The position numbers and the translations under genes are program-made. From contig CAWATZ010000006.1 of NCBI GenBank assembly GCA_963784995.1, positions 328,853-392,852 on the forward strand: a DNA stretch of 64,000 bases, in the 5' to 3' direction. The notes beneath the pieces are model-generated. The model was not told where the DNA came from. It worked only from the letters and a program-made list of their open reading frames with translations, and made no database searches. The DNA is from an uncultured Planctomycetota bacterium. GTDB lineage: Bacteria > Planctomycetota > Planctomycetia > Gemmatales > Gemmataceae. Shown here piece after piece: positions 1-9,446 of this stretch (its first letter is position 1; each line of letters begins with the position of its first letter).

Positions 1-2769
1 ACGACCGTGTGGACAATGTAGGTGTGCCCGGCCAGCCGGCGCTGCTCCTGCCGGCTGGTCAGTCGATACAGGCAGACCGGGGAATTGCCGCCCGTGCCCC
101 CGCCGGCGGCCAGCCGGCTGCCGTCCGGACTGAAGGCGACCGCCAACACCGGGCCCATCCCCGGGTGGACCACCATCAGCGCCTGGCCCGTCCGGGTTTC
201 CCACAGCCGGACCGTGTCATCGTCGCCGGCGCTGGCCACCAGGCTGCCGTCCGGGCTGAAGGCGACGCAATTGACGCGGGCGGTGTGTCCCAGCAGGGTG
301 ATCGGGTCTTCGCTGCCGATGAGGGGCCACAGCTTGACCGTGTGATCCTCCGAGGCGGAGGCCAGCAGCCCCGCCGAGGGGCTGAAGCACAGCGAGCGAA
401 CGACGCCGCGGTGCCGGCCCAGGGTGACCGGTTCCTTGTCGTCGGCAACCGTGTAGAGCTGGACCGCGTTCTGAGGACCGATGGCCGCCAGCAGGCCGCC
501 GTCGGGACTGAGGGCCACGGGGAAATAAGCAGGAGACCCTGCCCGGGTCTGAATTTCGCGCTTCAGGGCCAGCGAGGCCGGGTCGTGGAGTGAGACTCGC
601 CCATCGCTCCAGGCGACAGTCAGCAGGCTGCCTTTCCGGTCGAACGCCAGGTAGCGCGCGAACGAGGGGAAATTGAGCTGGGCAGGCGCGGCCACCGTCC
701 GGGGGGGCCTCGTGCAGTTTCAGGATCCCGAGGCCGGGAGTCCAGGTGGCATAGGCGAGAGAACGACCATCGGGCCGGAAGCGCACCGCGGGCAACGGCG
801 CCAGGGAATTATGGCGCTGCGCCAGCTTCAGGGCCGGGTCGGCAAGCTCGCGCAGCGACCGGCGCTCTTTCACGTCCCAGACTTGCAGCCGGCCATCGTA
901 GCCGGCCGTCGCCAGGAGTGTACCGTCCGGACTGAAATCGAGCGACCAGAGCGATTGGGTGTGGCCCAGGAACCGCGCTTCTTCGTGGATGTCGAACTCG
1001 CCCAGGCAGGCAATGGCCTCGCTGCGCAGCTGGGCGAGGTCCCGCTGGGGTGTCGGCAGCTGGGCCAGGCTCTGGAGCCGTTGCAGCGCCTGCAAGCGCC
1101 ACCCCGGGACATTGGCCAGGCGCAGCGCCCGGGTCTCGTTCAGCAAGGAATGGTACGTCAGGGCCAGGGCCTCGTCGCGAGTCTTGACGGCCTCGGCACG
1201 GGCGCCTTCTTTCTCGGTGAGTTCGTGGTTGATGCGCTGATGCGACCAGGCGGCCAGGGCCAGCAGCCCGAGCAGGCTCAGCTGCACCGCCGCCAGCAAC
1301 CCCGCCAGCGCCGGGTTGCGCCGGCACCAGCGCCACAGCCGTTCGCGCACGCTGGCACGCCGGGCCCGGATCGGCCGATCCTCGACAAACCGCTTCAGGT
1401 CGTCGGCCAGCTCGGTCGGACTCTGGTAACGCTGGGCCGGATCGCGGGCAATTGCCTTCAGGACAATGGTTTCCAGATCGCGCGGCACGGCCGGGTTGAG
1501 CTTGCGCAGCCGGGGCGGCTCCTCGTGGATCACCTGCTGGATCAGCTTGTTGCGGTCGGTCTCGTCGAAGGCCGGCCGCAGCGTCAGCAGCTCGTACAGG
1601 GTCAACCCCAGGCTGTAGAGGTCGCTGCGGGCGTCGGATTCGCCGTTGAAGCGTTCCGGGGCCATGTAGCGCAGGGTGCCGACAATGTCGCCGGTGTGGG
1701 TCAGATCGTCGTGATCGGCGGCGGCCTTGGCCAGTCCGAAGTCGGTGACCCAGACGGTTCCCTGGGTGTCCAGCAGCAGGTTGGAGGGTTTGATGTCCCG
1801 GTGCTGGATGCCCTGGCCGTGGGCGTAGGCCAGCGCCTCGGCCACCTGCATGCCGATGCGGGCCACGCTCTGGAAATACTGCCGGCTCGAATGGGTGACG
1901 GTCGAATGCTCTGCCTGTCCGGGGAGGTGAATGCCGGACGAACTGTGGCTGGCGGTTGCTGTCTCCCCGGCCTGCCCGGACGGTAGAGGCAGGGGAGCCA
2001 CCCTCTGGGGCTCGGAGCCTTCCACCAGCAGGGGCTCTGCTTCCGTCGGCGTACCAGCGCGGCGATCCGCTGCCGTGAACCGCCCTGTCAGGAGGGCCTG
2101 GGCCACGGCGGATGCTCCCGGCTCTCCAGGAGGGTCAGCTTGCAGCGGTGCGCTTCCCGGAGCGACCGCGGAGCGCGTGATGGTGCTGTTCTGGATCTGT
2201 CGCAAGCGCTTCAATTCGGTCAGGACCTGGTCCAGCCCCTGGCCCTGGATGAACTGCATGATGTAGTAGTGCAAACCCTCATCCGCGCCGACCCCATAGA
2301 CCGGCACGATGTTGGTATGGTGCAGCCGGGCCGCGGCCCGGGCCTCGCGTTGAAAGCGCTGCAGTTGCTTCGGATCGAGCAGGGAGTGCGTCAGCAGCAC
2401 CTTGAGGGCCACGTGCCGGCCCAGGGACACCTGCTCGGCCTCGTAGACAACGCCCATGCCGCCGTGGCCAACTTCGCGGAGGATGCGAAAATCGCCGAGG
2501 CGTTCCAGTTTCTGGGCCCCGGCCGCTGGTTGAAGAGACACCTCCCCATTGCCGCCGTTCGCCTGGAAGGCCCCCGTGATCGCGCCGGGCTCGGGACGGA
2601 GGTCTTCCATCAGGACCAGTGCGGGGAACAGGTCGCGGATCTGCTCGGCCAGCTCCGGATAGCGGCTGGTGTACTCGGTCAACGCGGGACGCTCGCCGCG
2701 GCGGTGGCGTTCCAGGAACTCCTGGGCCAGCTCTTCCACCGGGTTGCGCTCGGAACGGGATGGGCTCAT
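1..2769 (-). CDS. Ser/Thr protein kinase with C-terminal WD40 beta-propeller; continues past the window start; apparent frameshift at G7 run 700-706
   Basis: Kinase motifs HRDIKPSNLLLD, DFGLAKA and LRYMAPE, then a TM segment and WD40 repeats (WSLDFSPDGTLLATAGYDGRLQVWD). The WD40 reading continues in another frame below ~700 (…VAWSDGRVSLHD…GHTARVNCVAFSPDGS…) and runs off the window. The real start is most likely MSPSRSERN at 2769; the ORF-track extension to 2880 translates a repeat element. Confidence 0.8.
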
Positions 2770-2789
2770 GAATCGATTCTCCTGTTGCT

Positions 2790-2919
2790 CGACCCCTGCC
2801 GGCTTGCCCGGCAGGTGAAGCAGGTCAGTAGCTAGAACGGAAGGCGCGCACACGCTTATCTCGCCGCCCTTTCTAGCCATAGACCTCCTTCACCTGCCGG
2901 GCAAGCCGGCAGGGGTCGT
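2790..2919. repeat. Palindromic element PE-1, copy A (~130 bp; 31-bp terminal inverted repeats cgacccctgccggcttgcccggcaggtgaag, each holding an 8-bp hairpin; inner ggctagaaagg…tctagc stem)
   Basis: A near-identical copy lies at 7566-7697. The ends are conserved and the core is variable. It sits ~20 bp upstream of the start codon of the minus-strand kinase gene. Confidence 0.7.
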
Positions 2920-2942
2920 CCAAGGCCTCTCTTGAAGCCGAA

Positions 2943-3577
2943 TCACGACGAACCAAAGCCGGACAAACTGGCCAGGGTATCCTTGAGCCGTTTCAGGGCC
3001 CGGATAAACCCATGGCTGGCCTCGGACGAGCTGATCCCCAGCACGGCCGCGGTTTCGTCGTTGTCGAGCATCTCGAAATGCCGCAGCGTCAGGATCTCGC
3101 GATCCAGGGGATCCATGCCATTGAGGACATCCTGGAGCCGGGTCTGCATCTCCGCGCGCTGGGCCGCCGGACTCGAGGAAGCGACCCGGCCCAGGAGATG
3201 GGCGGCCAGGGAAGCCGAGGACGCCTGCGGCAAGGCGCCCCGGTAGAGAGAAACCTCCTGGCCCGCGTTCTCCACGCGGCCCCGAGATGCTGCCGGTGCA
3301 GGTCCATCAGCTTCTGGCCGGCCAGAGAACGCAGCCAGAGAAAGAACGGCAGCGAACGATCGCGGCTGTATTCCGGCAGCCGTCGTGTCAGGTCATTGTA
3401 GGCTTCCCGCAAGATCTCGGACGGGCTAATGCGGCCTTGCAGCCGGCGATCGAGGCGCAGGCGCACCATCTGCCGCAGGCGCGGCTGGTGTCGCGCGAAG
3501 AGATCGGTCAGGGCCTGGTTGTCGCCAGTGCCGGCCCGGTGCAGCAGATCCGTGGTCACGGCCGAGTCGCTTCTCAT
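2943..3577 (-). CDS. ECF-type sigma-70 factor (apparent frameshift near 3275-3290)
   Basis: The N-terminal ORF (3089-3577) has sigma region 2 (LTDLFARHQPRLRQMVRLRL…EILREAY). The C-terminal ORF (2943-3275) has region 4 (LDREILTLRHFEMLDNDETAAVLGIS…RALKRLKD). The two ORFs overlap in different frames. Confidence 0.7.
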
Positions 3578-3733
3578 GGTTGCCTCCTTTCCCGGAGGGC
3601 CAGGGCCGGAAGGATTTCACCGGTGGACATGGGCTATCCTCGGTTGCGGACAGGGTTCTGGAACAGCCCCCATGTTACGCCAGGGCCAACCCAGAAGCAA
3701 GAATCACGTTGGTGCTGGGCCATTCCGCTCTCA

Positions 3734-3852
3734 GAGCGTTCGGAAGAAATGGCGAGCGGCGCGGCGTCAGCCCGCCGGTAGCGGCCGCACCAGGACCGGC
3801 GGGCTGACGCCGCGCCGCTCGCCAGGCCTCGCGCCGTTTCTTCCGAACGCTC
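3734..3852. repeat. Long GC-rich hairpin element PE-2, copy A (core ggcgagcggcgcggcgtNagcccgccgg / ccggcgggctNacgccgcgccgctcgcc, with extended arms and a 12-nt bulge)
   Basis: The inverted repeat was read directly; a homologous copy is at 30746-30826. It lies between the ECF sigma start and the cheA-like 3' end. Confidence 0.6.
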
Positions 3853-3877
3853 TCAAGTCCAAGGTCTGCTCATCCAT

Positions 3878-6752
3878 TCAGGTCAGCAACCGCCGCACCG
3901 CGCCGAGGAAGCGGTCGCGGTCCAGCTTGACCTCGTAGCTGCTGAAGCCGCACTCCAGCGCCCGGGCCTGGTCGGCCGGGCTGCTCAGCGTGGTCAGGGC
4001 CAGCAGCGGCACGTTCCGCAACCCCGGCCGCTGCCGCACCGCCCGGGCAAAGTTCCAGCCGTTCATCTCCGGCATCTCGATGTCCGAGACGATCAGGTCG
4101 AACTGTTCCTGCTCCAGGACCTCCAGACCCCGGGCCCCGTTCACCGCGGTCACGACCTCGTAGCCTTGCCCTTCCAGGTAGCCCTTGACCAGCAGCCGGA
4201 AGAACTGCGTGTCCTCCACCAGCAGCACGCGCCGCTTCTTCCCCGGTTGCGGCCGGGCCGCGGGGCCCCCTTCCAGCAGGTCCACCAGGCGGAAGATGTC
4301 CAGCACCAGGGTCAGCCGGCCGTGAACGTGAGCCGAGCCGAGGACGCCGTCCTCCTGACAGGTTTCGGTGTCCAGCTGCGTCGAGAGCGTGGCCGTGTCC
4401 AGCAGGCGTGTCATCAGCAGGGCCACCGGTCTCTGCACGTTGCGCGGCAGCAGCAGATACATTTGCGACATTTCCGGAGCCGGCGAGACGGGCAGGAGCT
4501 TGTCTAGCCGCAAGACACGCATCGAGACGCCGTCGATGGTCACGAACTCCCGGTCGCCGATCCGTTCCAGCCGGCTGCTCGGCAGCAGCACCACCCGGCG
4601 GATCATCGGCAGGGCCATCGCGAACTGCTCGCGCTCGCCGTACTGGAACAGCAGCACCGATTGGGCGTCGCGCTCGCCCAGCTCCTCGATTTGGCCCGGC
4701 TTTTCCAGCGGCAGATCAAAGGACACACCCGCATGCTGAGCCACGCCTTCCAGATCGAGGATCAGGGCCACCCGGCCGTCGCCCATGATGGTCGCCCCGG
4801 AGTAGCAGCGCAGGGCTTTCATGGTGGACTGCATCGGCTTGACGACCACTTCCTCGGTGTTGAGGATGCGATCGACGATCAAGCCGTAGCGCGACCTGCC
4901 CGCCCGGACCACGGCGAAGAACACCGGCCCGCCTCCGGACGCCTTCTCCTTCCCCCGCAAGCGGTATTGCTCGACAATCGCAGATTTGTCCGCGGCGGTG
5001 AACGGCCGACGGCGAGCAAGCACCTCGCTCAGACGCACCAGGGGCAGCAGCCGCTGACGCAGCCGATACACTTCCTGGTCGAAAGCACATTCAATCTGGT
5101 TGCCGCCCTGGCCGGGAAAGATACAAACCAGCTCCTCCAGGTCTTTTTGCGGGATGGCGAAGCGGTCCTCGCCCACGGCCACCAGCAGGCAGGGGATGAT
5201 GGCCACGGTCAGCGGCAGCCGCAGCGAGAAGGTGCTGCCCTCGCCGGGCACGGAGTCGATCTCCAGGGCCCCGCCCAGCTTGTCCACGTTGGTCTGAACC
5301 ACGTCCATGCCGACGCCGCGGCCCGAGATGTCGGTGACGCGCTCGGCGGTGGTAAATCCTGGGAGCAGAATCAGCCCCATGATCTCACGCGGACCCATCG
5401 CCGCCAGCTCCTGCGCCGACTTGACGCCCAGCTGCAGGGCCTTGCGCTTGATTCTGTCCACGTCGATGCCGCGGCCGTCGTCGTGGATGGTCACGTGGAT
5501 CTGGCTGCCCTCGTGCCGGGCCCGCACGGTGATCGTGCCCGTTTCCGGCTTGCCGGCCTGCTGGCGCTCGGCGGGCGTCTCGATGCCATGATCGCAGCAG
5601 TTGCGGACCAGGTGCGTCAGCGGATCGGACAGCATCTCCAGGATGCTCTTGTCCAGCTCGACCTCCTGCCCCTCGATGACCAGGTCAGCCCGCTTGCCCA
5701 GTCCCCGGGCCAGGTCGCGGACCAGGCGCGGGAACTTGTTGAAGAGATTGCCGACCGGCTGCATCCGCGTCCGCATCACCGCGTCCTGCAGTTCGGACGT
5801 GACCGCGTTGAGCCGCTGCACGATGCGGCGCACGCCTGGGTCGGCCGGGTCGATGGCCAGCAGGGCCTGGTTGCGGACCAGCACCAGCTCGCCGGCCAGG
5901 GTCATCAGTCGATCCAGCAGGCCCACGTTGATGCGCAAGGTGTTGACCCGCTCATCCTTGCGTGCCGGCTCGCCTGCTGCGGGGCCGACAAGGGCATGTT
6001 CGGGCTCCAACGAGCCGGAAGCGTCAGCGACGGGGAATGAGGAACCGTCGCTGACGCTTCCGGCTCGTTGCAGCGTCACCTGGGCGGTCGAGAGGCCGAG
6101 CGCCGAGCAGAGCTGTTCCGGCTCCAGATGGCTGCTGTAGGTGGCCAGATACCAGATAGGGCCGGTGGGCAATCCCTTCCGCAGATCGGCCCCGGGTACG
6201 TCCAGGCGAGCCTCGACAATGGTGCCGAAGGCGAGCAGGCTCTTGACCAGGGCTAGCGGGCTGTTCCTGCCGATCCCGGCAATACTCGACCAGGTCGATC
6301 CGGAGGGAGTACGTCCGGCGCTCCGGCTGGCTGGAGTGCGGAAGCAGGGCACCGGAGGTCAGCTGGGCCAGGGCGCCCGAAACCTGCCGCTGCAAGCGGT
6401 CGCGGACGATCGTGACATCCACCTGGTTGCTGCGTTCGACGTCGTCCAGAAGGGTGAGGATCAGGTCGGTGCCGGCCAGCAGGGCGTCGAGCTGGCTCTC
6501 GTCGGGCCGGGCGTTCTGCTCCCGCAGGCGCTTGAGCAGGGTCTCCATCAGGTGGGCCAGTTCGGTGACGTTGTGAAAGGCAAAGAAGCCGGCGCCGCCC
6601 TTGACCGAGTGCATGGCCCGGAACAGCCGATCGATCCGATAGCGGACCGCCACGTCGGGGGCCTTTTCCAGGGCGAGCAGGTCATCGGTGACGTTGGCCA
6701 GGTGCTCCTTGGCCTCGCTGACGAACTCGAAGATCATGGTGCGTTCGGCCAT
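3878..6752 (-). CDS. cheA: CheA-like histidine kinase with C-terminal receiver domain (Hpt-HATPase-CheW-REC hybrid); apparent frameshift ~6250-6330
   Basis: ORF 6024-6752 is an Hpt/P1 domain (RAMHSVKGGAGFF). ORF 3878-6352 carries HATPase_c (HLVRNCCDHGIE…GRGVGMDVV), a CheW-like region and a C-terminal REC (VLLVEDTQFFR…DIEMPEMNG). The two ORFs are contiguous but in different frames. Confidence 0.75.
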
Positions 6753-6754
6753 GA

Positions 6755-7549
6755 TCAGCTCCCGGTCCGTTTCAGTGCGTACTGTCTCTCCAGCCCTGTT
6801 GCCTGGAACAGGGTTGCCAGGTCAGGCCCGACGTTGACCAGTTCCAGGGCGGTTTCTTCTCCCGGTCCGCTCGCCGTGCGGGCAAACAGCTCCAGCAGGG
6901 CCAGCCCCCCGACGTCGATTTCGCGCGTAGCACCCATGTCCAGCCGGAAACTCCGGCCGCCGCTGTCCAGCTGTTCAAGCAGCGTCAAACGCACTTGCTC
7001 CGCCGTACTGTTGTCGAGATGAGGGGGAATGCCGATCGTGCGGGAGAGACCGTCCACGACAACGGCGATGGCCGAGGTCCGCGATCGGGTTGGCTCGGCA
7101 GGAGCTTCAGCTTCCGGAGAGTGTGCTGGTTTCTTCGCCGAGCGCGGCTTGCTCTGGCGGATCGAACCGATCTCCTGAATCAGCTTTTCCAGGGAGGCCG
7201 GCTCAGGCGGGGTCTGACCAGGCCCGGCAATCCGGGTGAGGGCATCGACGCCGCGGAGCAAGACGTCGATGGCCTCGCTGCTCAGGGTCAGCTGGCCATT
7301 CTGAGCAGCCACGAGGCAGTCTTCCATGACGTGGGCCACCCGGACGCCGTCCTCGACGCCGACGATCCGGGCCGCCCCCTTGATGGAGTGGGCGGCACGC
7401 ATCAGCGCCTCGATCAGCTTGAGCTGGCCCGGCTCCTTCTCCAGGGCCAGCAGGCCCTCGCTGAGCGTTTGCGTATGGGTCTCGACCTCGGCCCGGAACA
7501 GGTCGAGCATGGCATTGTCACTGAAGTCCTGTGCGTTGCTGGCGGCCAT
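6755..7549 (-). CDS. Hpt-STAS fusion protein (His phosphotransfer domain plus anti-sigma-antagonist-like STAS domain)
   Basis: The N-terminus has an Hpt motif (RAAHSIKGAARIVG). The C-terminus is STAS-like (SFRLDMGATREIDVGGLALLELF…LELVNVGPDLATLF). Its stop lies within 3 nt of the cheA-like start, so the two genes form an operon. Confidence 0.7.
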   Translation of the reverse strand: MAASNAQDFSDNAMLDLFRAEVETHTQTLSEGLLALEKEPGQLKLIEALMRAAHSIKGAARIVGVEDGVRVAHVMEDCLVAAQNGQLTLSSEAIDVLLRGVDALTRIAGPGQTPPEPASLEKLIQEIGSIRQSKPRSAKKPAHSPEAEAPAEPTRSRTSAIAVVVDGLSRTIGIPPHLDNSTAEQVRLTLLEQLDSGGRSFRLDMGATREIDVGGLALLELFARTASGPGEETALELVNVGPDLATLFQATGLERQYALKRTGS

Positions 7550-7565
7550 GATCGACTCCCGTTTC

Positions 7566-7697
7566 CGACCCCTGCCGGCTTGCCCGGCAGGTGAAGAAGG
7601 TCACAGGCTAGACAAAGACGAGGGAAAATGCGCTTCGGCGCTTTGCCTTTCTAGCCAGCGACCTCCTTCACCTGCCGGGCAAGCCGGCAGGGGTCGC
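7566..7697. repeat. Palindromic element PE-1, copy B
   Basis: Same 31-bp terminal inverted repeats and inner ggctagaaagg/tctagcc stem as 2790-2919. It is 17 bp upstream of the Hpt-STAS start codon. Confidence 0.7.
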
Positions 7698-7723
7698 TTT
7701 TCATTCTGGACGCATCCCGCAGT

Positions 7724-9211
7724 TCAGGGCAACTCCGTTGCTCCCATCAGGAACCGGTCACACTCCCGCGCGGCGCCGCGGCCCTCGTTGATGGCCCACA
7801 CCACCAGGCTCTGCCCGCGCCGCATGTCTCCCGCCGCGAACACGCCCGGGACGTTGGTACTGAACTTGCCGTGCTCCGCTTTCGCATTCGATCGGCCGTC
7901 CTTCTCCACGCCCAGCTGGTCGATCAGCTGGCTCTCCGGACCGCTGAATCCCAGCGCGAACAGCACCAGCTGGGCCGGGTAGACCTTCTCCGTTCCTGGG
8001 ATGGGCCGCGGCATCGCCCTGCCGTTGTCCTTGATCCACTCCACCTGGACCGTGTGAATCTCCTTGACGTGCCCTGACGCATCTCCGCCGAACTTGGAGG
8101 TCTGGATCGCGTACAGGCGGGGGTCGTCGCCGAAGATCGCCCTGGCCTCCTCCTGCCCGTAGTCCAGCTTGTACACCTTGGGCCACTGCGGCCAGGGGTT
8201 GTCCGGGGCCCGGCTCATGGGCGGCATCGGCACGATCTCCAGCTGCAGGATGCTCTTGCAGCCGTGGCGCAGCGACGTGCCGACACAGTCGGTGCCCGTG
8301 TCGCCGCCGCCGATCACGATCACGTCCTTGCCACGGGCCGAAAGATACTGACCGTCCTCGTGCCGGCTGTCCAGCAGGCTCCTGGTGTTGGCGTGCAGGA
8401 ACTCCATCGCGAAGTGGATGCCCATGAGGTTCCGGCCCTCCGTGCGGCCAAAGAAGTCGTTCGGCTTGGTCGCGCCACCGCACAGGACAATCGCATCGAA
8501 ATCCCGACGCAGCTGATCCGCTGGGAAGTCCTTGCCGACCTCGCAGTTCGTCTTGAACTTGACCCCTTCCGCCTCCAGCAAATCGACGCGGCGCTGCACA
8601 ATCCGCTTGTCCAGCTTCATGTTCGGGATGCCGTACGTGAGCAGTCCGCCGATGCGGTCGGCCCGCTCGAAGACGGTGACAGTGTGGCCGGCCTTGTTCA
8701 GCTGGGCCGCGCAGGCCAGCCCCGCCGGGCCGGAGCCGACCACGGCGACCTTCTTGCCTGTCCGCCAGGCCGGGGGTTGCGGTGTGACCCAGCCCTCCTC
8801 GAAGGCCTTGTCGATGATCGCGCATTCGATGGTCTTGATCGTCACCGGATCCTTGTTGATCCCCAAAACGCACGATCCTTCGCAGGGGGCCGGGCACACC
8901 CGGCCGGTGAACTCGGGAAAGTTGTTGGTCTTGTGCAGCCGGTCGAGCGCCTCCTGCCACAGGCCACGATAGACCAGGTCGTTCCACTCGGGGATCAGGT
9001 TGTTGATCGGACAGCCCGAGGCCATGCCCTCCATCAGCGTTCCGGTGTGGCAGAACGGCACGCCGCAGTCCATGCAGCGAGCGCCTTGCTTCTGGAGCAG
9101 AGCTTCGTCGGCGTGCTCGTGGAACTCCTCCCAGCTGTGAACGCGCTCGGCGGGGGAGTACACGAGGGGCAGTTCCCGTGGATATTCCATGAAACCTGTT
9201 GGCTTGCCCAT
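7724..9211 (-). CDS. gltD: Glutamate synthase (NADPH) small subunit
   Basis: [13 protein letters not shown]…[10 protein letters not shown]…[14 protein letters not shown]…; a full-length GltD-like protein of 495 aa. Confidence 0.9.
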   Translation of the reverse strand: MGKPTGFMEYPRELPLVYSPAERVHSWEEFHEHADEALLQKQGARCMDCGVPFCHTGTLMEGMASGCPINNLIPEWNDLVYRGLWQEALDRLHKTNNFPEFTGRVCPAPCEGSCVLGINKDPVTIKTIECAIIDKAFEEGWVTPQPPAWRTGKKVAVVGSGPAGLACAAQLNKAGHTVTVFERADRIGGLLTYGIPNMKLDKRIVQRRVDLLEAEGVKFKTNCEVGKDFPADQLRRDFDAIVLCGGATKPNDFFGRTEGRNLMGIHFAMEFLHANTRSLLDSRHEDGQYLSARGKDVIVIGGGDTGTDCVGTSLRHGCKSILQLEIVPMPPMSRAPDNPWPQWPKVYKLDYGQEEARAIFGDDPRLYAIQTSKFGGDASGHVKEIHTVQVEWIKDNGRAMPRPIPGTEKVYPAQLVLFALGFSGPESQLIDQLGVEKDGRSNAKAEHGKFSTNVPGVFAAGDMRRGQSLVVWAINEGRGAARECDRFLMGATELP

Positions 9212-9231
9212 GTCTTACCTCGTTCCGGGTA

Positions 9232-9446
9232 GTGATTGATGATGAAGAAGAGCATGATTAAGATGAAGATTTGGATTAGGAAGAGGATTAAGAGCAGGAT
9301 GAAGAGTAAGAGTAAGACTCCACGCGCCCTCTCACGGCTGTCCTACTCTTACTCTTGCTCTTTCTCTTAATCCTCTTCCTACTCTTCTTCTTTATCTTAC
9401 TCTTTCTCCTCTTCTTCGAGCCAATCACCACTGAACCACTCAGCCA
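9232..9446. repeat. AT-rich polypurine/polypyrimidine inverted repeat (~80-nt GAA/GAG-rich arm followed by its CTT/CTC-rich complement) between gltB and gltD
   Basis: The arms gaagaagagcatgattaagatgaagat…gagtaagagtaag and cttactcttgctctttctcttaatcctcttcc… are near reverse complements. GC content is far below the window average. Confidence 0.6.

Noticed and set aside
9-593. 194-aa plus-strand ORF at the window start
   Set aside because: It is antisense to the WD40 repeats of the minus-strand kinase gene. The minus strand has recognisable WD40 repeats, and the plus-strand translation has no motif.
2770-2880. N-terminal extension MARKGGEISVCAPSV… of the kinase ORF
   Set aside because: It is a translation of palindromic element PE-1; the true start is most likely MSPSR.
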